Positions 18,889 through 28,213 of a stretch of DNA of 64,000 nt are shown piece by piece (positions within the stretch are counted from its first letter, which is position 1; each line of letters begins with the position of its first letter). The position numbers and the translations under genes are program-made. The DNA is taken from the NCBI GenBank assembly GCA_964609855.1, contig CAZSTB010000004.1, positions 3,740 to 67,739 on the forward strand, given 5' to 3'. This DNA comes from an uncultured Bdellovibrionales bacterium (GTDB taxonomy: Bacteria > Patescibacteriota > Minisyncoccia > Moranbacterales > GWC2-37-73). A model generated the notes under the pieces. The model did not search any database. It saw only the letters and a list, made by a program, of their open reading frames with translations, and was not told the DNA's origin.

Positions 18889-20160
18889 TTATTCCAAACG
18901 AAAATCCAAATCTTTCTCGTCAATATTACCAATTGCGGAAATCGAAACATTATCTTCATTCAAGTATTTGCTTGCAACTCGTTGAATATCTTCGTTTTTT
19001 AAATTCGCAATAATTTTCGAATATTCATCTATATCCAACAACTTTTCCTTTCCAGATACAGTTGCTTGCCAGCCATACCACCACAAATACTCATATGGAT
19101 CAACAAATTTTATAGCCAGCGAAGACACAAAGGATCGTTTGTAAATGTCCAAACTGATCTCATTAAACATGTTTGATTTTATTTTTTTAATTTCTTCAAA
19201 AATTATTTCTATCGTCTTAGTAACATTTTTCTTATCACAAGAAAAGATGAATCTTAACACGCCAGTTTGCGAGAAATTCTCAGATTCTCCATCTACCCAA
19301 TATGTAAAATCTCGCTTTAATCGCAACTCTTCAATCAGTTTGGAAATCCACTTATTTGCTAAATAATCGCGAATAAAATCAATAGCGGCTATATCCTTTT
19401 GCTCATCGCAAATAGCAGTCGCTCTGAAAGCAACTGCTACAGTTACTTGATTAGCGTCAGTTTTTTCAATGGCTATTTTCTTTGGCTCAACGAAAGTTTC
19501 ACTATCTTCAATGATATTTACACCGCCATTGTTCATTTTTTCATTCAAATACTTTCCAATATTTTCAATACTTTCATCGCCCACTGTCACAAAAGTGCAA
19601 GAACTTTGAGAATAATGACTTTGGATGAACAACTTTAAATCGCTTTCACTGATTGAATTGATACTTTCATCATCGCCGAAAAAACTTCTGCCCATCGATG
19701 AATTCTTCCAAAGCGCCTGATTAGATAAGTTCCAGATGTACTCACGCGGATTAAGCTTATTTTCCCGCATCTCATTCAACACGATATCTTTTTCTTTTTC
19801 AAGATCCTGCTCGTCAAAAACATACCAGCAAAGACCATCGGTTAAAAATTCAAGAGCTTTAAATGTTTCGCTTTTCTCCTGAATATAATATTGATGAGAC
19901 GTTTCATAGCTCGTAAAAGCATTGCACTTGATGCCATGTGACTCAATCGCCTTGAGTCTTTCAATCTCATCAGAGTATTTTTTTGTTCTCTTAACTAAAA
20001 GATGTTCCAATAGGTGCGCTAGACCCTCTTTTCCCGCAGGATCAAATCTGGATCCAGCCCTGAACCACGCCGAAACAATCGAAATCGGTAAATTCTCAAC
20101 CCTCACATTTATAAGTGTTGCTCCGTTTGCAAGTATTATCTTTTCTATTTGATGTTTCAT
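18889..20160 (-). CDS. M16-family (pitrilysin/insulinase-like) zinc peptidase
   Basis: Inverted zinc-binding motif HLLEHLL (HxxEH) followed by a distal Glu. Confidence 0.8.
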   Translation of the reverse strand: MKHQIEKIILANGATLINVRVENLPISIVSAWFRAGSRFDPAGKEGLAHLLEHLLVKRTKKYSDEIERLKAIESHGIKCNAFTSYETSHQYYIQEKSETFKALEFLTDGLCWYVFDEQDLEKEKDIVLNEMRENKLNPREYIWNLSNQALWKNSSMGRSFFGDDESINSISESDLKLFIQSHYSQSSCTFVTVGDESIENIGKYLNEKMNNGGVNIIEDSETFVEPKKIAIEKTDANQVTVAVAFRATAICDEQKDIAAIDFIRDYLANKWISKLIEELRLKRDFTYWVDGESENFSQTGVLRFIFSCDKKNVTKTIEIIFEEIKKIKSNMFNEISLDIYKRSFVSSLAIKFVDPYEYLWWYGWQATVSGKEKLLDIDEYSKIIANLKNEDIQRVASKYLNEDNVSISAIGNIDEKDLDFRLE

Positions 20161-20192
20161 ATTGTTATAATACTACCATTTAATACAAAATT

Positions 20193-20222
20193 AAAGCCCT
20201 TTCCAAGTTCGGAAAGGGCTTT
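20193..20222. terminator. Perfect 12-bp stem hairpin AAAGCCCTTTCC-AAGTTC-GGAAAGGGCTTT, probably the relic terminator of a decayed histidine-kinase gene
   Basis: Seen directly; lies just 3' (minus-strand sense) of the HK-tail pseudogene fragment. Confidence 0.4.
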
Positions 20223-20245
20223 AATGATATTTCAATATTCAAAGT

Positions 20246-20456
20246 TACTTGAGCCTTTTCCTTCTCCATCTGATTCGATCCAACTTATCCGTGGTGCGCT
20301 TCTGCAATTACCTTTCCAACATAAAGTCCAAGTCCTGTGCCGCCAACGTGAAGACGTGAAACGTCCTTGCTCGCCTCGATTCGACAAGACGTATCATTGA
20401 GTCGAAGCGGGTCGACGCGAGGCAGGCCGCGTGAGAATTTTTTGAAAAGATATGAA
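20246..20456 (-). pseudogene. Fragment of a histidine-kinase 3' end (HATPase_c C-terminus), interrupted by a 62-bp GC-rich palindromic insertion at 20368-20429
   Basis: Nucleotide-level similarity to the 3' ends of the HK genes at 26545.. and 29601.. (...GCCAACGTGAAGACGTGAAACGTC...GAAAAGATATG...); the insertion replaces about 7 bp. Confidence 0.7.
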
Positions 20457-20490
20457 GCGTGATTATTATCAAAAGATATAGTAATTGATT

Positions 20491-21042
20491 TTATTCATAA
20501 GAGATGTTTCTTGTTTTTTTTAATATACTTGAAAAGAAAGCGTTATTTCCAAATATACGTAAAGCACATTCCTTAAAAATTTTGCCTTTGTATTTAAAAG
20601 AATTTATATAATTTCTAATCTCCAATCTCAATGCATCATCTCCATGCCTAAGCAATATACTTTCAGCTTCGCAGACCCGTACATTATGTTTGTATTTGCT
20701 GATCAAATCATTAGTGCGCCTTCCATGGTAGCTATTAGTAATAACAATGTTCGAATCGTTCAATGAAAAATTACTCACTATTTCCATAATTGCTGATATA
20801 TTCGACTCCGTGGTTGATGAACCGAGAATATGTGAAGGTAAATCTATAATTGAAAACCTCTCATAATATTGTTTCATATGCTCCGCCCCAGAAATATTTT
20901 TTTTAAATGACCCTCCAACAAAAAAAATATTTGAAACCTTGTAATTGCCAATATAAAGCAGAGCAGCTTTTATACGCAACTTTGCATCATAAGAAAGCTC
21001 TTTCATTGAACCATCGAAGTGATATAGCACGAAAATGTTCAT
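20491..21042 (-). CDS. DUF218 (YdcF/SanA/ElyC-family) protein
   Basis: ITNSYHGRRT matches the T-[SN]-x-[FY]-H-x-x-R signature of DUF218. Confidence 0.5.
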   Translation of the reverse strand: MNIFVLYHFDGSMKELSYDAKLRIKAALLYIGNYKVSNIFFVGGSFKKNISGAEHMKQYYERFSIIDLPSHILGSSTTESNISAIMEIVSNFSLNDSNIVITNSYHGRRTNDLISKYKHNVRVCEAESILLRHGDDALRLEIRNYINSFKYKGKIFKECALRIFGNNAFFSSILKKTRNISYE

Positions 21043-21115
21043 AAATTAAATACTTTAAATAAAAAACGTGGTACCAAACATATGGTACCACGACTTGCAG
21101 TGCAGAAACAGTGTG

Positions 21116-22000
21116 TCATTTCGCGTTTTCTCTGTACCACGATATTGTATGCGTCATTCCCTCCTCCAAAGCAACGCACGGCTTCCACAACGTCAGCGCA
21201 CGTAGCGGCTCTATATCAGCAACGATTCTAGTGTATTCATCCTCTCCCGGACGCATCGCAATGTGCTGTATTTCCGATGCGCTTTCAGTCAAAGATATGA
21301 TCATTTTAGCTAGATCATCAGTCACTGTTTCCACACCACTACCAATTTCAAAAGTTTTTCCTTCGCATTGCGAGAAGTTTTCCATAATAGCAATAATTGC
21401 GGAAATAGCATCGTACACATAGATTAAATCCATTGTTTGCATTCCCGATCCATAAACAACAACGGGATCACCTTTGATGGCCGATACGATCCACGTAGGA
21501 ACAGCCTTTTTGTAGCCACTTTCTTCAAACAAAGGCTGACGGCCAGCATACACATTGAACCATTTAGCAATGACCGCTTCAAGACCGAATTCTTTGCGGT
21601 ACATTTCCACAAAATTCTCCATAGCAATTTTAGTAATTGTATACGGATTTATCCAACAATTCGGTTTGGATATTGCAATCAACTTTGCATTGAATTCACT
21701 ACAAGCCTCCATCACATTAACAGAACCGCCAATATTAACCTCTACAGCGCGACTAACATTGAACACAAGCTCGTTAGTCCCAAGCAAACCAGCCAGATGA
21801 ATCACCATATGACTTCCCCTGACTACATTTCTAACATCGATCGGATTTCTGATGTCACCAGAGACAAAACGAGCATCAACAAATGAACCCCAGCGTGGCT
21901 CTACTTGATCAAAGATGATAACATCATGACCAAGTCCGACAAGTTTATCAACGAGAAAACTACCTACAAATCCGCTTCCACCAGTGATAACAACTTTCAT
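21116..22000 (-). CDS. NAD-dependent epimerase/dehydratase (extended SDR)
   Basis: N-terminal Rossmann motif VVITGGSGFVGSFLVDKL; YxxxK catalytic region (YTITK). Confidence 0.8.
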   Translation of the reverse strand: MKVVITGGSGFVGSFLVDKLVGLGHDVIIFDQVEPRWGSFVDARFVSGDIRNPIDVRNVVRGSHMVIHLAGLLGTNELVFNVSRAVEVNIGGSVNVMEACSEFNAKLIAISKPNCWINPYTITKIAMENFVEMYRKEFGLEAVIAKWFNVYAGRQPLFEESGYKKAVPTWIVSAIKGDPVVVYGSGMQTMDLIYVYDAISAIIAIMENFSQCEGKTFEIGSGVETVTDDLAKMIISLTESASEIQHIAMRPGEDEYTRIVADIEPLRALTLWKPCVALEEGMTHTISWYRENAK

Positions 22001-22130
22001 GACATCCTCCTTGGATAATACTAGTAAAGAGCAATAAATAAACTTCCATGAATGCTAATAATATCTAAGCACATTAGTTCTATTTTTGCAAACAAAAAAG
22101 AAATTTATTTACACTACGTGCTCCACAGGT

Positions 22131-22370
22131 ATCTCAATAATAAATCTGCTTCCTAATCCGTTCGCCGTCGGATTCAACCCAGATTTACCTCAGAGTGAAT
22201 TTATTCTGCTTCCGGGGCTTGGCCGTGATGCGCTTCAGCAATAGCCTTGCCAACATAGAGTCCAAGACCTGTGCCACCTACGTGAAGACGTGATACGTCC
22301 TTTCACGTGAAAACTTTTTGAAAAGATATGGAATTTCTTCTCTTGGAATGCCGGTTCTTGTGTCGGAAAC
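22131..22370 (-). pseudogene. Second histidine-kinase 3'-end fragment (about 75 C-terminal codons of an HATPase_c domain)
   Basis: Aligns to the 29615-29860 HK 3' end (ATCTCAATGATAAATCT..., TTGCCAACRTAGAG, CGTGAAGACGTGA, TTGAAAAGATATGGAATTTC) with an internal ~30-bp indel; homology stops abruptly at 22370. Confidence 0.7.
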
Positions 22371-22409
22371 GCACCTTAACTCCCTAGAAAGGTGGTGATT
22401 CGTGGGAGG
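22370..22409. repeat. ~38-bp direct-repeat motif, left copy (CGCACCTTAACTCCCTAGAAAGGTGGTGATTCGTGGGAGG)
   Basis: About 90% identical to 26001-26037 in the same orientation; degenerate third copy at 22591-22620. Confidence 0.7.
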
Positions 22410-22622
22410 AAATGAAGCTATTGCCATAATTTGCTTTATTTAAAGTAAAAATTTTATTCATTTACTCTCCAGAAATACTCCGTGATGAGTTAACTAACAC
22501 AATTTATTAACTTTTATACTTAGATAATTACCGTTTACATACAATATCTTAGCATATTAGTTAAAAAAAGCAGGCTCTTATGCATACTTATCCCTCAACT
22601 AGGAAGCGATTCGTGGGAGGAA

Positions 22623-23159
22623 TTAGAGCAAATTTAAATAATCCAACCCAAGATACCCAACTTCGACATCTGAGCTCTTTCCACTTCTAAGCAATTCTCT
22701 AAATTCTGAAATTGACATTAGCACAACCTCCGTGAATTCATTTTCCTCAAGTTTTTGTTCGGAAACTTTCTCACAATCAGTAACTACAACGCAATTTTTT
22801 TTCATCGTAGAATAACCATCGCCAATAATAGATGTTACAAATTCTGCGTTTCCCTTATACCCAGTCTCCTCCAAAAGCTCTCTTTCTGCCGCTTGCTTTG
22901 GAGTCTCGCCTTTGTCGACATAACCGCCAGGCAATTCGATAAGAATTTCTTTCGGTCCTGGTCTAAATTGCTTAACGAGAACGATTTGTTTATCTTTCGT
23001 TATCGCCAAAGTAGCCACAAAAACACTTTCTTTCTTTATATAGAAATCATTTACTTCCCCATTTGGCAATTTGAAGTCAACTTTTTCAATGCCTCTCCCA
23101 TATTTACTAAAAATTTCCTCTCGGGAAATTTCTTCCCATTCTTCTATTTCATTTAACAT
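22623..23159 (-). CDS. Nudix hydrolase (ADP-ribose pyrophosphatase-like)
   Basis: Nudix box GGYVDKGETPKQAAERELLEETGY. Confidence 0.8.
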   Translation of the reverse strand: MLNEIEEWEEISREEIFSKYGRGIEKVDFKLPNGEVNDFYIKKESVFVATLAITKDKQIVLVKQFRPGPKEILIELPGGYVDKGETPKQAAERELLEETGYKGNAEFVTSIIGDGYSTMKKNCVVVTDCEKVSEQKLEENEFTEVVLMSISEFRELLRSGKSSDVEVGYLGLDYLNLL

Positions 23160-23258
23160 ATTATATTTTTTAATCTAATAAAAACAAGGTGAATTAATTT
23201 ATAATCCACCTTGATGCTAACACAGTTCGCACTTTTAATCAACAAACGTTGATAGCTA

Positions 23259-24431
23259 TTAAAAGAAATTATCATTAGAAACACCCAAATTAAATGGTCT
23301 ATCAAGATATTTCTTTACAATCTTGTTGTGCTCCCAATTTCTGCAGAATAACGAATTGCAGCACTCACTCCTCATTTTGCGAAAATTATTGATTGCATTA
23401 CTATCGCAATTTGGCAAATCCGCAATTTGGCAAATCGATAATTCATGCAATCTGTATTCGGCTAAGGTTAAGCAGGGATACATATAGCCGTCTGGAGCTA
23501 TCAACTGATAAGCAAGACATACGGAACATTCATCTAGACTTTCAACAAAAACATTACTGGGATTAGTGATATTAATAAGCCTGTTTAAACCACCATTGAT
23601 TAATTGAGAAAACAGACCCATATTACTCTTTCTCCTAAGAAAATATTCGAGACCTTCGCACCCCCTGAATTCATCTTTCATGTTACCCAAAAGAACAATT
23701 AATTGCTCTTTATCAGGTAAAAAATTGATATTTTCCTCATGAAGCGCTTGTGTCAATTGCGTCGGGCGAGACATCAAGAAGGCAGGTTTGAATTGGATGT
23801 GCATCCTTTCAAGAGCTCTGTTATCATCCTTATATCTCAAATACACTTCTCTTATGAAAGGAATGATATCCGACATATTCTTTCTATGGAAAAGAAAGTG
23901 CACCCCAACATGAGGAATCTCTACACAATGCTTCAGGTAGAATTCGATATTACCTAAAACTTTCCAGTATAATTCAGCGTTCCTCCCAGAGTATTTTCCA
24001 TCCTCAATTGAATATACTGAAACCCTAACCCAATCAATGCATTTTCGCCATAAACCATCGGGAATTATTACCCCGTTAGTTATTAAGCCGATTTTAACAT
24101 TTGGGATTTTTGCGAGCTTTAGAACAGCATTATCGAATTTTGGATAAAGAGTAGGTTCGCCACCGCCAGCAATCGTTATCACTTTTGGCTTTATGAATCT
24201 AGCGATATTATCCAACAACTCAAAAGGGATTTCTTTGTCGCCTAATCCACGGAAATGACAGCCTGAACAATTTAAGCAACATTTATCAGTAAGTTGCAAC
24301 TCGATATGTCCAGATTGACATAGCAAACCTCTATTTGCATCTGGTGAATCCAAGGAGATTCTCTTTTTTCTAATTAATTCCAGATGATTTAAGATTCGAT
24401 TTTTATCAGTTGCAACATTCGCATAGACCAT
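23259..24431 (-). CDS. Radical SAM enzyme with a C-terminal Cys-rich SPASM/twitch-like domain
   Basis: CLNCSGC (CxxxCxxC) cluster, GGGEPTLYP SAM-binding motif, C-terminal CSVC...C...C...CC...C auxiliary-cluster cysteines. Confidence 0.75.
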   Translation of the reverse strand: MVYANVATDKNRILNHLELIRKKRISLDSPDANRGLLCQSGHIELQLTDKCCLNCSGCHFRGLGDKEIPFELLDNIARFIKPKVITIAGGGEPTLYPKFDNAVLKLAKIPNVKIGLITNGVIIPDGLWRKCIDWVRVSVYSIEDGKYSGRNAELYWKVLGNIEFYLKHCVEIPHVGVHFLFHRKNMSDIIPFIREVYLRYKDDNRALERMHIQFKPAFLMSRPTQLTQALHEENINFLPDKEQLIVLLGNMKDEFRGCEGLEYFLRRKSNMGLFSQLINGGLNRLINITNPSNVFVESLDECSVCLAYQLIAPDGYMYPCLTLAEYRLHELSICQIADLPNCDSNAINNFRKMRSECCNSLFCRNWEHNKIVKKYLDRPFNLGVSNDNFF

Positions 24432-24462
24432 TGTAATCTCCTTGTACCCATATTATTCAGGG

Positions 24463-25662
24463 TCAGATAAAGTTAATAGACATATTGTCTTCGCATAAAA
24501 CCTTCTCGTAAATTTCATTATGAGGAGAATATGTGCACCTTGGACAGCTACTTAAATCAAGTTTATCGTACATCTTCCAATGGTTGTCATTCCCCCATAC
24601 ATTAAGAATATCCCCAATATTTCTTAGATTATGGGAAAGTTCTAACATCGAATCACCCCTCCTGTCACAGCATTGACAAAGCGTGAAAGAATCAGGATAG
24701 TCCCCAGAGTCAGGTGGTGAAAAAACAGTCGTCATAAACAATGCATGACACTTAACGAAATTGTTCTTTTTATCGAAGTCAGGCGTGAACTTATGAGTAA
24801 CTCCGTATATGGAAAAATTTTCATCTTCCATTTCCCTCGCCACTCTCAATTTATCATAAAACATCGAAATCGTTTTATCATCAAAGGAGATGTTCCCTTT
24901 CGAATACCATGGTTTGCCAACAGGTCTGATATGAATACTTTTACATCCAATTGCTTTAGCCAATTTCGTAGCCACATCAATCTCATGGACATTTCTTTCA
25001 TGAACAAGAAATTTATAGGTCACGCCAAACGACAATGGTTTTTGAGCTAAATTTGTAGAATATTTATGAGAATACTCTACTAGCTTTTGCATGTTTTTAA
25101 TGACTCTATCAAATTCAGATAAAGACACTCCTTTCAAGCCAGCAAACGTATTTGCCGCACCACTATCGACTGAAACAGAAACCCAATGACATCTGGACAA
25201 GGATTCGATAAAATCGCCAATATGGCTTCCATTGGTTACAACACCAACATCAATATCTCTATCAACAAGATTATCTATGAAGAACCCTGTTTCACTGTTC
25301 AGAAGAGGCTCGCCTCCTCCAGCTATACAAACAGCTTTCACTCCATATTTATTTCCTTTGCATTTCCAATCGCCCAATGCTTTAGCAATTTCTTCCAGAG
25401 CAACTCTGGAAAGCCGTTGCCTTGATTTTTTATTAATAATAGCTTTGGAATTACACCAAATACAATCATAGTTACATTCATTGGTTGGGTCGACAGTCAC
25501 TAAAACTGGCGGGGGGATTATTCCACCTCTTTCGATAGAACGCCAACGTTCTAAATGAGCTATTACTTTCAAGCTGTTAAAAGGATTAAAAAACCTACCA
25601 AAGCTCCATTCTCCCTCTGTTTTATTGGCTAAGTCTTGACTTTCTTTTTCTGAATGTTTCAT
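24463..25662 (-). CDS. Radical SAM enzyme with a C-terminal Cys-rich SPASM/twitch-like domain (paralogous to the upstream neighbour)
   Basis: CNYDCIWC (CxxxCxxC), GGGEPLLN motif, C-terminal CQCC...CPRC...C cysteines; RBS GGAGA 8 nt upstream. Confidence 0.75.
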   Translation of the reverse strand: MKHSEKESQDLANKTEGEWSFGRFFNPFNSLKVIAHLERWRSIERGGIIPPPVLVTVDPTNECNYDCIWCNSKAIINKKSRQRLSRVALEEIAKALGDWKCKGNKYGVKAVCIAGGGEPLLNSETGFFIDNLVDRDIDVGVVTNGSHIGDFIESLSRCHWVSVSVDSGAANTFAGLKGVSLSEFDRVIKNMQKLVEYSHKYSTNLAQKPLSFGVTYKFLVHERNVHEIDVATKLAKAIGCKSIHIRPVGKPWYSKGNISFDDKTISMFYDKLRVAREMEDENFSIYGVTHKFTPDFDKKNNFVKCHALFMTTVFSPPDSGDYPDSFTLCQCCDRRGDSMLELSHNLRNIGDILNVWGNDNHWKMYDKLDLSSCPRCTYSPHNEIYEKVLCEDNMSINFI

Positions 25663-25819
25663 TTTTCACCTCACTTTGATTTTTATGAGAGACTCATTTT
25701 TGAACTGCTATTCATTTTTTAAGGGACATCAAAGAATAACACAATAAATCCGAAAGTCAATGTTACGCTTTTTCGCCAAAACAAAAAACACCTCGCGAAA
25801 AAGTGTTTTCATGCCTACA

Positions 25820-25866
25820 GCCCGCCTCGTGTCGACAAGCGAATGTCTTCGCGAGTCGAGGCGGGC
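25820..25866. repeat. GC-rich palindromic element (GCCCGCCTCG...CGAGGCGGGC), related to the insertion inside the HK fragment at 20368-20429
   Basis: 9-bp perfect terminal stems; shared CGCCTCG-TTCGACAAG / GAGTCGA-GGCGGG halves with 20368-20429. Confidence 0.6.
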
Positions 25867-26000
25867 AATACAAAAAGCAAGCTAATCGTAAGCTATTGTG
25901 ACTAGTCCTAATGGTATGTTTATAAGAAGTTTTTTGGTTTTACTCTGATAAATCAGAGTAAACGACCCCTAGAATTTGGTCAATGTCCGAAGACATCAAC

Positions 26001-26037
26001 CGCACCTTAACACCCTAGAAGAGGTGACTCGTGGGAG
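26001..26037. repeat. ~38-bp direct-repeat motif, right copy (CGCACCTTAACACCCTAGAAGAGGTGACTCGTGGGAG)
   Basis: Same-orientation near-copy of 22370-22409; the pair brackets the Nudix + 2 rSAM cassette. Confidence 0.7.
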
Positions 26038-26080
26038 ATTGGGAAATAACTAAATCAATGCACAAACACCATCCAATTCT

Positions 26081-26536
26081 TTAAAAAGAAGGTGCATTGT
26101 AACCATATAATTCAATATATTTTAGAAAATTTGACCTGCTTGCTAGTGATAAATCTTCAGGATTAATTTCAGACAATTCAATCCACCTAACCTCATCACA
26201 TTTACCAGGCTCCATTGTTTTTGCTTCGCCAGAAATGTGTTTTGCAATGTACGTTGTTGTCACCCAGTGTTGTCCCTCTTCTTCTATTATATGATCAACA
26301 ATTTCAAGAAGTTTTAGGATTTCTATTTCGATATCATTTTCTTCTCTTACTTCCCTTTTTATAGCATCTTCCAATTTCTCACCAAAATCAACTCCACCAC
26401 CAGGAAACTCCCAAAGCCCTCTTTCATTTCTAGCCAAGTTTCCTCTTTTTGATACTATAACTTTTCTTTCATCATTGAAGACTATCGCTCCAACGCCCAC
26501 GCCTATATAGTCTTTGCCTTTTTTCATATTTTTCAT
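26081..26536 (-). CDS. Nudix hydrolase (MutT-like)
   Basis: Nudix box GGGVDFGEKLEDAIKREVREENDIEI. Confidence 0.8.
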   Translation of the reverse strand: MKNMKKGKDYIGVGVGAIVFNDERKVIVSKRGNLARNERGLWEFPGGGVDFGEKLEDAIKREVREENDIEIEILKLLEIVDHIIEEEGQHWVTTTYIAKHISGEAKTMEPGKCDEVRWIELSEINPEDLSLASRSNFLKYIELYGYNAPSF

Positions 26537-26544
26537 AAATTTGT

Positions 26545-28128
26545 TTAATCCACATGCTCAACTGGAATTTCAATAATAAATCTTGAGCCTTTTCCTTCTC
26601 CGTCTGATTCAACCCACATTTTACCATGATTAGCTTCAACTACTTTCTTGCCGAAATATAATCCGAGTCCGGTTCCGGTGGATGTTAATCTTTTCTGATT
26701 ACTTCCACGTGAGAATTTACCAAATATATTTCCCAGATCTTCTTTCGGAATACCAATTCCAGTGTCAGAAACAGTTATGCGCACCGCCTTAGCTTGCAGC
26801 TTAGCGCTGACAATGACACTCCCCGCTTTCGTGTATTTTAGAGAGTTATCAACAAGATTAGAAACGGCTTCAAAAATCTTACCTCGGTCTATCGAGACTA
26901 GTGGCAATGATTTTTTAGGAAGCTCAAGTGATAACTTTAAGTCCTTCTCCTTAGCTGAAAGTTCGAATGAATCAACAATTTCCTTTAAGATATTTTCAAT
27001 TTTCTCATTTTTAAATTCGAAAACCATTCTTCCAGATTCAATTCTCGAAATATTCAAAAGATCTTCAACCAAATGAAGCAGTCGATTGTTAGCATTGCTG
27101 ATTCTATCCAAAGGATGCTTTAATTCCTCAGGAATTACTCCATAATTTCCCTCAGAGATGAGTGATAAAAACCCTTTCGAGGTAGTTAACGGTGTCCTTA
27201 ATTGATGAGATGCGATTGAGATAAATTCCGATTTCGCTTCATCAAGTTTTCGAAGTTGCGCATTGGCAATTTCAAGTTCTTCTTTTCTCAATACTTCTTC
27301 CCTAACAGATTTTATCAAAAGGTAACCGAATATAATCGAAAATACAAGCATCACGATTGCCGCGGAAAACTCATAAAATCCCTTTGTTATGAATATTTCT
27401 ATAGTTAAGAATATCCAAAGTGAAAAGGTAAATAATTCTGTTGTAATTATTTTTACATTTAAAAAATGGTATTTCAATATCGCCAAGAAAATAATAAATC
27501 CAAATACTGAGGTATACACTGGAGCTAAAATTGTAAGGTAAAAAATTCCCAACAATGGTAAAATCAAGTTTGTTCCAATAGCTAACAATAAAAAAATGGA
27601 AATTCCCAACAGAAGAAGCTGCATGGAATTTTTTATTTCAGAATTTTTTTCAAAATAATACTTAGTAGAGATACGTATAGCAGCATACGCAAGAGTTCCT
27701 AGCATATATATACTATAAACCAACATACCCCAACCGAATTCCAAATCAACAATTCCATCATTCGGTATAATTTTTTTTATCAACACTGGACTTAAGCTAA
27801 TAGCTAAAACAAAGATAAATAGAATTGCGATAATAGATTTCCACACGCTCTGCATTCGCTGATCTTCAGGGAATGTTTTTGCAAACATCGCTAATCCAGT
27901 GCCAAATATCGCAGTAAAGAAAAAAATTAATTTATTAATCCAAGTAAGTGCATTTATTGAATATTCAAGATTAGAGTAATAATTAGCGATTATCCAACCC
28001 GAGAGACCAATAATTGACCAAAAGAGATATCTTCCCGATAGTGATTTTCTTAAATGAATAGCAATTAAAACTAGTAATAAAAAATTAGCAAAAACACTTA
28101 CTAATAAAGTAATGAACTGTCCATTCAT
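26545..28128 (-). CDS. Sensor histidine kinase with N-terminal 7-8 TM sensor domain (HisKA + HATPase_c)
   Basis: H-box SHQLRTPLTTSKGF; coiled-coil linker; C-terminal G1/G2 boxes (DTGIGIP, GTGLGL). Confidence 0.85.
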   Translation of the reverse strand: MNGQFITLLVSVFANFLLLVLIAIHLRKSLSGRYLFWSIIGLSGWIIANYYSNLEYSINALTWINKLIFFFTAIFGTGLAMFAKTFPEDQRMQSVWKSIIAILFIFVLAISLSPVLIKKIIPNDGIVDLEFGWGMLVYSIYMLGTLAYAAIRISTKYYFEKNSEIKNSMQLLLLGISIFLLLAIGTNLILPLLGIFYLTILAPVYTSVFGFIIFLAILKYHFLNVKIITTELFTFSLWIFLTIEIFITKGFYEFSAAIVMLVFSIIFGYLLIKSVREEVLRKEELEIANAQLRKLDEAKSEFISIASHQLRTPLTTSKGFLSLISEGNYGVIPEELKHPLDRISNANNRLLHLVEDLLNISRIESGRMVFEFKNEKIENILKEIVDSFELSAKEKDLKLSLELPKKSLPLVSIDRGKIFEAVSNLVDNSLKYTKAGSVIVSAKLQAKAVRITVSDTGIGIPKEDLGNIFGKFSRGSNQKRLTSTGTGLGLYFGKKVVEANHGKMWVESDGEGKGSRFIIEIPVEHVD

Positions 28129-28213
28129 AATTAAATAATCATTATTAACTTATATCCTCATCTAATTATATTTTAAAGCGCACGTCATGGCAATGCATGA
28201 CGTGCGCTTATCA

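Noticed and set aside
24463-25662. Prokaryotic viperin-like antiviral rSAM (the CNYxC motif resembles viperin CNYKCGFC)
   Set aside because: The protein has a long Cys-rich SPASM/twitch-like C-terminal extension that viperins lack, and no adjacent nucleotide kinase. Maturase-type rSAM is more consistent.
25811-25885. 24-aa plus-strand ORF MPTARLVSTSECLRESRRAIQKAS as an rSAM precursor peptide
   Set aside because: It is encoded by the GC-rich palindromic element itself (25820-25866) and is on the strand opposite the rSAM genes. Most likely non-coding.
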